Below the pieces are notes generated by a model. The model had not been told where the DNA came from. It saw only the letters and a program-made list of their open reading frames with translations, and made no database searches. A stretch of DNA of 64,000 nt from Planctomycetota bacterium (lineage in GTDB: Bacteria > Planctomycetota > UBA1135 > UBA2386). Shown here piece by piece: positions 12,243-22,755 of the stretch. The DNA lies in NCBI GenBank assembly GCA_947501605.1, contig CANMWZ010000003.1:1-64000 (forward strand), given 5' to 3'. The number at the start of each line of letters is the position of its first letter. Within the stretch, counting starts at the first letter, position 1. The position numbers were made by a program, and so were the translations under genes.

Positions 12243-14906
12243 ATGAAGCCGTTGTCCGCAGCCGAGATCCGCCGCCGTTACCTCGCATTCTTCGAGGCGC
12301 GCGGCCACGCGATCTATCCGTCCGATTCCTTGGTGCCGCAGAACGACCCAACGCTGCTGTTCACCGGCGCCGGCATGAACCAGTTCAAGGACATGTTCTT
12401 GGGCAAGGGCACGCTGCCGCATACGCGCATCACCACGTCGCAAAAGTGCCTGCGCGTGCCAGACCTCGACAACGTCGGGGTCACGCCGAGGCACCACACG
12501 TTCTTCGAGATGCTCGGCAACTTCTCGTTCGGGCAGTACTTCAAGGCAGAGTGCATCCCGTGGGAATGGGAGTTCTTCCGAGACGCACTCGGCATCCCCG
12601 AAGAGCGCATGGTCGTCACTGTCTACGAGAGCGACGACGAAGCGTTTGAGTTCTGGACGAAGAAGGTGGGGTTGTCGCCCGACAAGGTGTTCCGTTTCGG
12701 CGAGAAGGAGAACTTCTGGCCGGCGGAGGCGCCGAGCAAAGGACCCAACGGTCCGTGCGGCCCGTGTTCCGAGATCTACTTCGACAACCGACCGGGTCAG
12801 CCCTATCCCGACAGGAATGGGCTGAAGGACCTGCCGACGGACCGGTTCACCGAGATCGGCAATTGCGTCTTCACGCAGTTCGATCGCCAGTCGGACGGAT
12901 CGCTGAAGGCTCTGCCGCAAAAGAACATCGACGTCGGTCTCGGCTTGGAACGCATCGCTGCCGTGCTCCAGGGCAAGCCCAACAACTTCGAGACCGAGTT
13001 GTTTCGTCCCTACCTCGATCATCTCGGCAACCTGAGCGGATCGCCCTATGGAACCGACGCGCGGCGGGACATCCGCATGCGACGAATCGCCGACCACGTG
13101 CGTGCGATCACCTTCTGCATCGCCGACGGCGCGCTGCCGAGCAATGAGGGCCGGGGCTATGTGGTCCGCAAGATCCTCCGCCGCGCAGCTCGCGATGGCT
13201 ACGAACTCGGCGTGCACGAGCCGTTCCTCTTTGCCATGGTCGACCTCGTCGGCCAGGTGATGGGCGACCAGTATCCGGAAGTGCGTGAGAACGCCGCTCA
13301 GTGCCGCGCCGTCATTCGCGGCGAAGAAGAGAATTTTCTCGTGGTCTATCGCCAGGGGATGACGCGCCTCGAGGACTACCTGCAGAAGACCAAGCCTAGC
13401 CAGCCGACAGCCGGCAGCGGCGCGTTTGCATTCTTGCTGCACGACACCTACGGGTTTCCAGTCGACATCACCCAGAAAGTGATGGAGGAGCACGGTCACC
13501 AACTCGACGAGCGTGGCTTCGATCAAGCCATGGAAGAGCAACGACATCGCGCGCGCGCCAGCATGGCGACCAGCGATGCGGTGTTCACGGCCAGCGTCGC
13601 CGTCAAGCTGCGCGACCAAGGCCACAAGCCGACGACATTCTGCGGCTATGATCGCCTCGCAGAGAAGAGTGGCTTGCTGGCGCTCGTCGGGGACCACGAT
13701 GCCTTCCTGCCGCGCGCGAACGCAGGCCAGAAGGTAGTGCTCATCGCCGCGGCAACGCCGTTCTATGCGCAAGGCGGCGGCCAGGTCGGCGACAAGGGTG
13801 TCGTCACGACTCCGACGGGTACGGCGCGGGTCCACAACGTCACCGGGCTCGATGGCTTCCACCTGCATCACGCAACAGTGGCAAGCGGCCATCTGGAAGC
13901 ATCGCAACTGGCCGAGTGGCGAGTCGACGAGGCCCTGCGGGCCGCGACCGAACGCAACCACACCGCGACGCATCTGCTGCATGCAGCACTGAAGGCGATC
14001 CTTGGCAACCACGTTTCCCAGGCCGGCAGCGAAGTGGCCCCAGAGCGACTGCGCTTTGACTACACGCAGCCTGAAAGGCCGACCGCCCAGCAACTGCAGC
14101 AGGTCGAGGACGAGGTCAATGCGCAGATTCTGCAGGCTTCACCGGTCGAGGCCGCCGTTGCCGGTCTCGACGAGGCCAAGGGCATGGGCTTTACGGCGCT
14201 GTTCGGCGAGAAGTACGGCGACCGCGTCCGCACACTGCGCGTGGCCGAATTCAGCAAGGAGCTGTGCGGCGGAACGCACGTGAAGAACAGTGGCAACATT
14301 GGCATGTTCCGCATCACGAGCGAGGCAGCCGTGGCAGCTGGCACACGCCGCATGGAAGCCGTAACGGGCCTCGCGGCCCTTCGCCTGTGTCAGCAGGAAC
14401 GTGAGCAACTGGCGTCGCTGTCGCTCGCCTTGAAGGTCCCCGTCGCCAAGATCAGTGATCGCATCGCCGAGATCGGCGAGGAATTGAAGCGCAGCAAGAA
14501 GGACCTGGAGAAGGCGCTCGCCGCGGACCTCGACGTCGAGCTCGGCAAGCTGCGCTCGCTGGTGGTAGAGCACGACGGCGCGCGTACCGTGGTGTACCAA
14601 CGGCCCGGCTTGTCGACCAAGGACGGCCAGGACCTATTGCGCCGGGCCTTGCAGACTCTGTCGCCGATCGCGGCGGTCGTCTTGGCCCAGCACGCCGACG
14701 AAGTGGGCGTCATCGCCGCCGTCAGCCCCGCACTGCACGGCAAATTGACGGCGGGAGATCTCGTCAAGCAGATCACCTTGGTGCTCGGGGGTGGTGGCGG
14801 CGGCAAGCCCGACCTTGCCCAGGGTAAGGGCAAGGAAGTGAGCAAAGTGCAGGAGGCCGCGACGGTGGCCAGAAGCGCTCTGCGGGACGCCGGACTGCTT
14901 GCCTGA
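12243..14906 (+). CDS. alaS: Alanine--tRNA ligase
   Basis: DPTLLFTGAGM, HHTFFEMLGNFSFG, HTATH and ELCGGTH editing motifs, C-terminal GGGGG DHHA1 domain. Confidence 0.98.
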   Translation: MKPLSAAEIRRRYLAFFEARGHAIYPSDSLVPQNDPTLLFTGAGMNQFKDMFLGKGTLPHTRITTSQKCLRVPDLDNVGVTPRHHTFFEMLGNFSFGQYFKAECIPWEWEFFRDALGIPEERMVVTVYESDDEAFEFWTKKVGLSPDKVFRFGEKENFWPAEAPSKGPNGPCGPCSEIYFDNRPGQPYPDRNGLKDLPTDRFTEIGNCVFTQFDRQSDGSLKALPQKNIDVGLGLERIAAVLQGKPNNFETELFRPYLDHLGNLSGSPYGTDARRDIRMRRIADHVRAITFCIADGALPSNEGRGYVVRKILRRAARDGYELGVHEPFLFAMVDLVGQVMGDQYPEVRENAAQCRAVIRGEEENFLVVYRQGMTRLEDYLQKTKPSQPTAGSGAFAFLLHDTYGFPVDITQKVMEEHGHQLDERGFDQAMEEQRHRARASMATSDAVFTASVAVKLRDQGHKPTTFCGYDRLAEKSGLLALVGDHDAFLPRANAGQKVVLIAAATPFYAQGGGQVGDKGVVTTPTGTARVHNVTGLDGFHLHHATVASGHLEASQLAEWRVDEALRAATERNHTATHLLHAALKAILGNHVSQAGSEVAPERLRFDYTQPERPTAQQLQQVEDEVNAQILQASPVEAAVAGLDEAKGMGFTALFGEKYGDRVRTLRVAEFSKELCGGTHVKNSGNIGMFRITSEAAVAAGTRRMEAVTGLAALRLCQQEREQLASLSLALKVPVAKISDRIAEIGEELKRSKKDLEKALAADLDVELGKLRSLVVEHDGARTVVYQRPGLSTKDGQDLLRRALQTLSPIAAVVLAQHADEVGVIAAVSPALHGKLTAGDLVKQITLVLGGGGGGKPDLAQGKGKEVSKVQEAATVARSALRDAGLLA

Positions 14907-14973
14907 GGCGTTACCCGCAGCGACTCCGAGCCAGGCGTCGGGATCCAGCCCGCGCGCAGGTCCGCGGCAGTGT

Positions 14974-15001
14974 TTGACTTCCCGTGGTCTGCCCGTAATC
15001 T
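14974..15001 (+). promoter_or_regulatory. Sigma70-type promoter of the rpmF/fab operon
   Basis: TTGACT-N16-TAATCT, about 75 bp upstream of rpmF. Confidence 0.55.
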
Positions 15002-15074
15002 CCCGCGCCTCAGAAACCTAGCCCCAGCGCCACGGCGCTGGCTCTTCGCCACCCGAGCGGTGGCCGACCGTCCC

Positions 15075-15260
15075 ATGGCAAATCCGAAGAGAAAACTCAG
15101 CCGCGCGAGCAAGGGTCACCGTCGCGCCCACCTGGTTCTGGACCGCATTCAGCTGGTCCGCTGCACGCACTGCAGCAGCATGATTCGTCCGCACACGATC
15201 TGCGGCAACTGCGGCTACTACCGCACGAAGCAGGTTGTGGTCGCAAGCAACCCGAACTGA
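15075..15260 (+). CDS. rpmF: 50S ribosomal protein L32 (zinc-binding form)
   Basis: MANPKRKLSR..., CTHC...PHTICGNCGYY. Confidence 0.96.
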   Translation: MANPKRKLSRASKGHRRAHLVLDRIQLVRCTHCSSMIRPHTICGNCGYYRTKQVVVASNPN

Positions 15261-15436
15261 CCGCGTTTGGATCGGGTCGCGCTTAGACTCGGCTTGGCCG
15301 AGGCCTGCGCGATCGGTGCGTGGCCATTTCCTCGCAAGCGCGCGAAGGGATGGTCTTTGACGGGAGTCTTCCCGCCACGTCGGTCCGCTGCGGGCCGGCT
15401 TTCCTTGCCAATGCACAGCCGGATGGGGTTCGCTCG

Positions 15437-16453
15437 ATGAGCAAGATCGTGCTTGATGCGGTGGGTGGTGACCATGCGCCGAGGGAAGTGATCCTCGGCG
15501 TAAAACTCGCGCTCGAGCGGGGTCACGCCAGAGCATCCGAGTTGATCTTGGTTGGGCCCGAGGCCGAGGTCCGCGCCGCCGCTGTAGCAGGTGGATTGCC
15601 TGCCGAGATCGCCATCGTCGATGCCCCGGATGTCCTCGAGGACACCGACACGCCGATCGAGGCGATGCGCAAGAAGCCGCGCAACAGCATCGCCGTTGGC
15701 GTGGGGCTGCTGCAGCAGAAGGTCGCCGGTGCGTTCGTGAGCGCGGGCTCCACGGGCACCTGTGTCGCCGCCGCGACCATGGGACTAGGTTGCCTTGAGG
15801 GCATCCGCCGCCCGGCGATCGGTGCGATCATCAGCGGCGAGCGCAACCCGTTCCTCGTGTTGGACGTCGGCGCCAATCCCCAACCCAAGCCCCTGCATCT
15901 CGCCCAATACGCGATCATGGGTTCTGCCTACTATCGTGGCACCTTGGGCATCGACCAGCCCAAGGTTGGACTGCTCAACATCGGCAGTGAGGAGCTGAAG
16001 GGCACGCCTCTGGTGAAAGAGGCGCGGCAACTCTTGAAGCAGTTGCCAATCCACTTCCATGGGAACGTCGAGGGTGTCGAGCTGTTCACCGGGGACTGCC
16101 ACGTCATCGTCAGTGACGGCTTCACCGGCAACGTCATGCTCAAGGTCAGCGAAGGCTGTGCTGAGTATGTGTTGCGCGCAATGCTGGCGGCGATGAAGCA
16201 AGTGGGCGTCGACCGCGAGAAGATCAACGGCGTCTTGGCGCAGATCATGCCGCGCATCGACTACTCCGAGTATGGCGGTGCGCTGTTGCTTGGAGTGAAC
16301 GGAGTGGTGACGATTTGCCATGGTCGCTCGCAAGCTCCGGCTTTCTGCAACGCGATTCGATTCGCACAGAAGGCCATGACCGCAAAGGTCAACCAGCACA
16401 TCGTCGAGGCGGCGCGCGCCCTCTCGAATGGCAGCCCCGACAACGCCAACTAG
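15437..16453 (+). CDS. plsX: Phosphate acyltransferase PlsX
   Basis: IVLDAVGGDHAP, LLNIGSEELKG, DGFTGNVMLK, YGGALLLGVNG, HGRS. Confidence 0.96.
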   Translation: MSKIVLDAVGGDHAPREVILGVKLALERGHARASELILVGPEAEVRAAAVAGGLPAEIAIVDAPDVLEDTDTPIEAMRKKPRNSIAVGVGLLQQKVAGAFVSAGSTGTCVAAATMGLGCLEGIRRPAIGAIISGERNPFLVLDVGANPQPKPLHLAQYAIMGSAYYRGTLGIDQPKVGLLNIGSEELKGTPLVKEARQLLKQLPIHFHGNVEGVELFTGDCHVIVSDGFTGNVMLKVSEGCAEYVLRAMLAAMKQVGVDREKINGVLAQIMPRIDYSEYGGALLLGVNGVVTICHGRSQAPAFCNAIRFAQKAMTAKVNQHIVEAARALSNGSPDNAN

Positions 16454-16471
16454 TCACGCGGAGCCTCTCGC

Positions 16472-17461
16472 ATGCAGAGCTTGATCCCGATGGGTCTGTG
16501 CGGGCTTGGTCACTATGTGCCCGAAAAGCGGCTGACCAACGCCGAGCTCGAGAAGATGGTCGACACGTCGGACGACTGGATCGTCCAACGCACCGGCATC
16601 CGTGAACGGCGCATCGCGGGTCCTGGAGAAGTCACCAGCAAGATGGGCATCCTTGCCGCCCAGCGGGCCCTGGCGGATGCGAAAATGAGCCCCGAAGAGC
16701 TCGACCTCGTCATCTGCTGCACGGTCACCGGCGACCAAGTGTTTCCCGCGACTGCCTGCCGGATTGGCAAGGACATCGGCGCCAAGCGTGCCGGTGGCTT
16801 CGATATCGCGGCGGCCTGCTCAGGGTTCGTTTTCGGTTCGCAAGTGGCGGCCGGCTTCATTCGGACTGGCGTCTACAAGAATGTCCTCGTCGTCGGCGCC
16901 GAGATCCTTAGCCGCATCGTCGACTACTCCGATCGCAACACCTGCGTGTTGTTCGGCGACGGCGCCGGTGCGGCGATCTACACGCCGCTCGATCGGGCTG
17001 GGCGCGGCGAGTTCTTGGGTGGCTCCATCCAGATGGAGGGTGCTAGCGAGGACGTGCTCGCGGTGCCAGGCGGCGGGAGCCGATTTCCTGCCAGCCATGA
17101 GAGCGTCGACCAACGCATGCACTTCATGAAAATGGGCGGGACCAAGGTGTTCCGTTTTGCAGTGCGGGTGTTTGCTGAGTTGGTTCAGCGAACCGTCGAC
17201 CAGTACGGGCTCGACGAGATCGGGATCATCATCCCGCATCAAGTCAACCAGCGGATCATCGAGTCGGCCATGGACTCCCTGTCTCTGCCCATGGAGATGG
17301 TCTTCAGCAACATCGAGCGCCTCGGCAACACCTCGGCTGCCTCGGTGCCGATTGCCTTGTCCGAAGCCGTGGCAGCCGGTCGGCTCAAGAAGGGCAAGTT
17401 GGCGGTCATGCCCGCGTTCGGAGCAGGACTCGCCTGGGGACACCTTGTCCTCCGCTGGTGA
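16472..17461 (+). CDS. fabH: 3-oxoacyl-ACP synthase III
   Basis: DIAAACSGF (Cys), PHQVN (His), GNTSAAS (Asn). Confidence 0.96.
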   Translation: MQSLIPMGLCGLGHYVPEKRLTNAELEKMVDTSDDWIVQRTGIRERRIAGPGEVTSKMGILAAQRALADAKMSPEELDLVICCTVTGDQVFPATACRIGKDIGAKRAGGFDIAAACSGFVFGSQVAAGFIRTGVYKNVLVVGAEILSRIVDYSDRNTCVLFGDGAGAAIYTPLDRAGRGEFLGGSIQMEGASEDVLAVPGGGSRFPASHESVDQRMHFMKMGGTKVFRFAVRVFAELVQRTVDQYGLDEIGIIIPHQVNQRIIESAMDSLSLPMEMVFSNIERLGNTSAASVPIALSEAVAAGRLKKGKLAVMPAFGAGLAWGHLVLRW

Positions 17462-17630
17462 TCGTACCAGCGTCAAGCCGCGCCGGAACTGCCGTAGTTC
17501 CTCGCGTCCCACGAACCACTCGTCTCCAGCAGGCAACCCAGTTCCTTCGCAGCCTCTTGCGCCTTCCGGTGAGCCTTCCTAAGACGCATCGTGTTCAACC
17601 CCCGAGAAGTCGTCTGATTCCAACCCTGTC

Positions 17631-18380
17631 ATGAGCCCCACGCATCTGCAGAACAAGGTGGCCCTCGTAACCGGGGCATCGCGCGGCATCGGTCGCGCCA
17701 TCGCAGTGGCGTTGGTGCAACATGGTGCGACGGTCGTGTGCACTTCGACCAAAGCTGGCGGCTGCGAGGACACGTTGGCTTGCTGCGCCGCGGGCCCCGG
17801 CAAGGCAATCGCCGCAGTGTGCGATGTCAGCGACTCCGAGCAAGTAGAGTCCCTGGGCAAGTGGCTACTCGACGCGCATGGCCGACTCGACATCCTGGTC
17901 AACAATGCTGGCATCACCCGCGACGGCGTGTTCTTGCGAATGAGCGAAGAGGACTTTGACCAGGTCCTCGCAACCAACCTGCGCGGGCCATTCCTGGTGT
18001 GCAAGGCCTTCTCCCGCACCATGGCCAAAGCCCGCGGCGGGCGGATCTTGAACATCGGTTCCGTCGTAGGCTTGACCGGCAATGCCGGGCAGGCAAACTA
18101 CGCGGCCAGCAAGGCGGGCCTACTCGGCCTGACCAAGTCGCTAGCCAAGGAACTCTCTGGGCGAAACGTCACGGTCAACCTGATCGCGCCTGGATTCATC
18201 GCTACCGACATGACTGCCCAGATCCCCGAAGAACTGCGCGCAGGCATGCTCAAGAACATTCCGCTGGGCCGGTTTGGCCAGCCGGAGGACATCGCTGCGG
18301 CGGTGATCTTCCTGTGCAGTGACGCCGGCTCGTACATCACTGGCCAGACGCTTGTGGTGGACGGCGGCATGACCATGTAG
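17631..18380 (+). CDS. fabG: 3-oxoacyl-ACP reductase
   Basis: [25 protein letters not shown]; position in the operon. Confidence 0.96.
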   Translation: MSPTHLQNKVALVTGASRGIGRAIAVALVQHGATVVCTSTKAGGCEDTLACCAAGPGKAIAAVCDVSDSEQVESLGKWLLDAHGRLDILVNNAGITRDGVFLRMSEEDFDQVLATNLRGPFLVCKAFSRTMAKARGGRILNIGSVVGLTGNAGQANYAASKAGLLGLTKSLAKELSGRNVTVNLIAPGFIATDMTAQIPEELRAGMLKNIPLGRFGQPEDIAAAVIFLCSDAGSYITGQTLVVDGGMTM

Positions 18381-18461
18381 TTTGACCACTCGGCAGCACT
18401 ACCCGTAGGGACTGGTTCCCCGGGCGCTGGCCGCATTCCATACCTACCGAGGATAGAAACA

Positions 18462-18707
18462 GTGTCGAAGGTTGAAAACGTCGAAGAGCGCGTGCTGAAT
18501 ATCGTGTGCGAACAGCTCGGGACCACCCGTGACAAGATCACGAACGAGACTTCGTTCATCAACGATCTCGGCGCGGACTCCCTCGACACCGTCGAGCTCG
18601 TAATGGAGTTCGAGGACGAGTTCGAGATCAACATTCCCGATGAGGACGCTGAAAAGATTCAGAGCGTCGGGGATGCCGTGAAGTACATCCAGGGCAAGCT
18701 CAGCTGA
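18462..18707 (+). CDS. acpP: Acyl carrier protein
   Basis: [14 protein letters not shown] phosphopantetheine site. Confidence 0.98.
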   Translation: MSKVENVEERVLNIVCEQLGTTRDKITNETSFINDLGADSLDTVELVMEFEDEFEINIPDEDAEKIQSVGDAVKYIQGKLS

Positions 18708-18797
18708 GCCCAGGCAAGAGAGACGCCACGGCAACCTAGACCTTCATCCCAGGCTTCTTGGGGGGCGGAGTGAGTCTCCGCCAAGGTGTGCAACAGA

Positions 18798-20042
18798 ATG
18801 GCACGACGGCGCGTCGTCATCACGGGGCTCGGGGCAGTAACCTCACTCGGGCTCGATCTCGCAACCACGTGGGAGAAGCTCCTCCAGGGGGAGTCAGGTG
18901 CGGGCACGATCACCAAGTTCGACACCAGCAAGCACACGACCAAGTTCGCGTGCGAGGTGTGGGGCTGGGATCCAGAGAAGTACTTCACGCGGCCGGAGGC
19001 CAAGAAGCTCGACCGCTATGCGCAGTACTACTTGGTCGCTGCCGACGAGGCGATGAAGGCTGCTGGCTTCGATGCCAGCAAGACCGACTTGACCCGCTGC
19101 GGCTGTATCCTCGGCACGGGGATCGGTGGCATCCACGAGATCGAGGCCAGCAAGGTGCTTCAGATCGAGCGCGGTGCCGATCGGATCAGTCCGTTCTTCG
19201 TGCCTAAGATGATGGCCAACGCCGTTGCCGGCCAGGCGGCGATTCGCTTCGGTTTGCAGGGCACCTGCTATGTGACCAGCTCTGCCTGTGCGAGCAGCAG
19301 TCACGCCATCGGTTTGGCCCTCCGCACGATCCAGTGGGGTGAAGCGGACTTGATGTTGACGGGCGGCAGCGAGGCCGCGACGACGGAACTGGGACTTGCA
19401 GGTTTCTGCTCGCTGCGTGCGCTGTCCACGCGAAACGACGATCCCAAGCGAGCGAGTCGTCCGTTCGATCGCGACCGGGACGGCTTCGTGATGGGGGAAG
19501 GGGGTGCCGCCCTCGTGCTCGAAGAGCTCGAACATGCCAAGCGCCGAGGCGCTCCGATTCTCGCCGAGGTCCTTGGGTTCGGCTCAACGGACGACGCCAG
19601 CCACATCACCGCACCCAACGAGACCGGGCACGGGCCGAGTCGCGCGATCCGCCAGGCCTTGCAGGACGGCGGCGTCACACCGGAATCCGTGCAATACGTC
19701 AATGCGCACGGAACGAGTACCGAGCTCAACGACAAGATCGAGACGCTGGCGATCAAGACCGTGTTCGGCGACTACGCCAAGAAACTGGCCGTGTCCTCGA
19801 CCAAGTCGATGACCGGCCACCTGCTGGGCGCGTCCGGCGCAATCGAACTAGCCGTAACGGCACTGTCGATCACGCGCGGGCAGGTTCACGCTACGATCAA
19901 CTACGAGAACCCGGACCCAGCGTGCGACCTCGATTACGTGCCGAACACGGCGCGCGACATGCACGTCACGCACGCGATCAGCAACTCGCTGGGCTTCGGA
20001 GGTCACAACACGTGTCTGCTGCTCGGTCGGTTTCGCGGCTGA
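18798..20042 (+). CDS. fabF: 3-oxoacyl-ACP synthase II
   Basis: RRVVITGLG, SACASS, NAHGTST, KSMTGHLLGA, SNSLGFGGHN. Confidence 0.97.
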   Translation: MARRRVVITGLGAVTSLGLDLATTWEKLLQGESGAGTITKFDTSKHTTKFACEVWGWDPEKYFTRPEAKKLDRYAQYYLVAADEAMKAAGFDASKTDLTRCGCILGTGIGGIHEIEASKVLQIERGADRISPFFVPKMMANAVAGQAAIRFGLQGTCYVTSSACASSSHAIGLALRTIQWGEADLMLTGGSEAATTELGLAGFCSLRALSTRNDDPKRASRPFDRDRDGFVMGEGGAALVLEELEHAKRRGAPILAEVLGFGSTDDASHITAPNETGHGPSRAIRQALQDGGVTPESVQYVNAHGTSTELNDKIETLAIKTVFGDYAKKLAVSSTKSMTGHLLGASGAIELAVTALSITRGQVHATINYENPDPACDLDYVPNTARDMHVTHAISNSLGFGGHNTCLLLGRFRG

Positions 20043-20070
20043 GCCGCACCAACTCGAGGAGCACACTGCC

Positions 20071-20421
20071 GTGAAGAAGAAGCTCAAAGACGCGCTGCAT
20101 CGGTACAAGGTCGAGTCGTTCAAGCTGTCGCACCATGGTTTGGATGTCGCGGATATCTCCCGAGAGATCCTCGATGCCACGCAGATCGCCCTACAGAACG
20201 CCTACCACCTTCACTTCGAGAAGGACGCGAGCCCCCAGCGGATCGAGACCTTCCGCATGGTGAAGACCTTCGTGACGGAAGCGCTGCTGCCGCCCGTCGT
20301 GGAGAAGGTGATGCGCCGCATCACCGCGGTTGAGAAGCAGCAAGTGCAGTTGGTCGCCCTGCTCGACGAGTTGATGCAACTCCTCTCCGAGGACGAGCAT
20401 TCGGTTGCTTCTGGTGGCTGA
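20071..20421 (+). CDS. Hypothetical helical protein
   Basis: 116-aa ORF with a GAGGAG ribosome-binding site and coding-like composition, directly after fabF. Confidence 0.7.
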   Translation: MKKKLKDALHRYKVESFKLSHHGLDVADISREILDATQIALQNAYHLHFEKDASPQRIETFRMVKTFVTEALLPPVVEKVMRRITAVEKQQVQLVALLDELMQLLSEDEHSVASGG

Positions 20422-20480
20422 CCAGCTCCGCTCTTTCTGCCACCTGCTGGCTACGCCTCGCGGCATCGGATGACCCAACC

Positions 20481-21395
20481 ATGAAGTCTGTCCTCGCCGC
20501 CGATCTCGGTGGTACAAAATGCCGTGTCGCACTGGTCACCGAGGACAATCAAGTCCTCGGTGCACAAAGGCTGCCGACCAGCCGGGATCGCTCGGTCTTC
20601 CTGCCGGCGCTGGAGCAAGCCTTCGCCAACGCCTTGGCCGAACGGCCAGCCGCCGTGGAGCCACCGCAGGGAATCGGCATCGGCACCGCCGGCGTCATCA
20701 CTGCCGATGGTCGTGGCGTCGAACGCGCACCCAATCTGCCGCTCGACAATTTTGCCCTCGCCGCGCACTTCGAAGCGAAGCTCTCGCTGCCGACCTCGTT
20801 GCTGAACGATGGTCGCGCAAGTGCGTGGGGCGAGTTTCGGACCGGGACAGGAAGGGGGCTGGATCCACTCCTGTGCCTCTTCTTCGGCACCGGGATCGGC
20901 ATTGGCATCATGGCCGGCGGCAAGCCGCATCAAGGCGCCGACAATGCCGCCGGCGAGATCGGGCACACGATCTGGCAGCACGGCGGGCGTCGTTGCCCCT
21001 GCGGCGGTCACGGTCATTTCGAGGCCTACTGCGGCGGCCGCGCCATCCTGGAACGATCGCAGGATCTCTTGGGGCCAAACCCCAACTCTGGGCCCTGGAC
21101 CGCCGCGACCATCGCGGCGCTGAACAATCCGGCGGCCACGGCCATTCTCGACGATGCCGCGCTGGCCGCATCCATCTGCACGGCAAACGCCTGCACGCTG
21201 TGGAATCCACGCGCCGTCGTGCTCGGAGGCGGTCTTATCGAAGGCTGGCCCGCGCTCGCCGAGCGCATCGAGAGCTATGTGCGGATGCACTGCTCCGCTG
21301 CGATCACTCGCCGCCTGCAGTTCCACCGCAGCGCCGGTGGGTCGGACGCGATCCTGATCGGAGCTGCCGCGTCGACCGGTTGCCTGCGGGCCTGA
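20481..21395 (+). CDS. ROK family sugar kinase
   Basis: ADLGGTK, GTGIGIG, AGEIGH, CPCGGHGHFEAY. Confidence 0.92.
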   Translation: MKSVLAADLGGTKCRVALVTEDNQVLGAQRLPTSRDRSVFLPALEQAFANALAERPAAVEPPQGIGIGTAGVITADGRGVERAPNLPLDNFALAAHFEAKLSLPTSLLNDGRASAWGEFRTGTGRGLDPLLCLFFGTGIGIGIMAGGKPHQGADNAAGEIGHTIWQHGGRRCPCGGHGHFEAYCGGRAILERSQDLLGPNPNSGPWTAATIAALNNPAATAILDDAALAASICTANACTLWNPRAVVLGGGLIEGWPALAERIESYVRMHCSAAITRRLQFHRSAGGSDAILIGAAASTGCLRA

Positions 21396-21489
21396 AGCGC
21401 CTCGAATCGTCGAACACCTGCCACTTGCTGCAGTGGGCCGAGAAGCGACGACGCGCTAGGATCTCGCCGCCTCCTGGGAGGGTGGCACT

Positions 21490-22614
21490 ATGGACATCGC
21501 GGTACTCGGCGGCGGACGGTCGCCCGAACACGACATCTCGTTGCTGTCAGCGCGAATGGTGATGCGTCACCTCGACCGGCAACGCTTTCGGGTGTGGCCG
21601 GTGTTCCTCGACCGCGATGGCGGCTTCTGGCCTCAGCGCAAACCGCTGCTGGCGAGCGAGACCTGGACGCCCGGCGATCGTTCGGCGGCACTCGGCCCGA
21701 TGCGTCCCGGAACTGCGCTCGATTGGCTGCTGGAATGCGCACGCGTCGAGATGGTGTTTCCGGTGCTGCACGGCCCCTTCGGAGAGGACGGACGACTGCA
21801 GGGCATGCTCGAACTGTACAACGTGCCCTTCGTCGGCTCCGGCTGCTTGGCGTCGGCGCTGGCAATGAACAAGCAGCGCACTCGCCAAGTTTTGCAGACG
21901 GCGGGCGTTCGCCTCGCCAACGCCTACGTCCCAGAGGCCTCACTCCAGCAGTGCGATACCGAGTACGAATGGGCGCGGCTGCAGGTAGCAGTTGGCCTCC
22001 CGTGCTTCTGCAAGGCGGAGTGCTCGGGCAGCAGCCGTGGCGTCGCACGAGTTAGCTCCCGTGCCGAGTTCGAGGCCTTCGTGGCCGCAGCACGCCCGAC
22101 CTTCGAGCGCTGGTTCGCGGAGTCTTTGGTAACCGGCGTGGAGATCACGGTGCCGGTCCTCGGCAACTGTGGTGAACCCCTGGAGCCGCTGCCGCCAGTT
22201 GGCATCTATCCACGCTTCTCCGACCATTTCGACGAGCGCGCCAAGTACGAGAAGGGTGCCTGTGACGAGATCGCACCGCCGCGCGGTTGGACTACGGAGC
22301 AGTGCCGCGAAGTGCAGAACATCGCCATGCGCTGCCACCGTGAACTTGGCTGTGACGGGATGTCGCGCACCGACATGATCATGGGCCAGGACGGCCCCGT
22401 GGTACTGGAGGTGAACACCATCCCTGGGATGACGGAAACGAGTCTCCTGCCGAAGTCTGCCGCGGCGGTCGGCATGTCGATGGCGATGCTGCTGTCGCGC
22501 CTAGTCGATCATGCGGTTGCTCGCACCAAAGGCGCGGTGGCCCATTCGTTCCCTGCGCGCAGCCAACCGACGCCGATCCTGCGGCCTACGGATCTTGCGG
22601 CCGAACACGGGTAG
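21490..22614 (+). CDS. ddl: D-alanine--D-alanine ligase
   Basis: GGRSPEHDISL, LHGPFGEDG, GSSRG, AKY omega loop, LEVNTIPGMT. Confidence 0.92.
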   Translation: MDIAVLGGGRSPEHDISLLSARMVMRHLDRQRFRVWPVFLDRDGGFWPQRKPLLASETWTPGDRSAALGPMRPGTALDWLLECARVEMVFPVLHGPFGEDGRLQGMLELYNVPFVGSGCLASALAMNKQRTRQVLQTAGVRLANAYVPEASLQQCDTEYEWARLQVAVGLPCFCKAECSGSSRGVARVSSRAEFEAFVAAARPTFERWFAESLVTGVEITVPVLGNCGEPLEPLPPVGIYPRFSDHFDERAKYEKGACDEIAPPRGWTTEQCREVQNIAMRCHRELGCDGMSRTDMIMGQDGPVVLEVNTIPGMTETSLLPKSAAAVGMSMAMLLSRLVDHAVARTKGAVAHSFPARSQPTPILRPTDLAAEHG

Positions 22615-22755
22615 CCCCCGGTGACGGACAGAATGGCAATCCTCGGCGAATCCAAACGCAGCGCCCCCGTTTCGCCGATGTCCATGTCCTTGATCTCGAG
22701 CCAGGATCCACAGTCATCGCTGCCGAACGCCGCCATCGACGATGCGGGAGCAGGC

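Noticed and set aside
21490..22614. Van-type D-Ala-D-Lac ligase
   Set aside because: The omega loop keeps AKY as in D-Ala-D-Ala ligases, and no vanH/vanX genes are adjacent.
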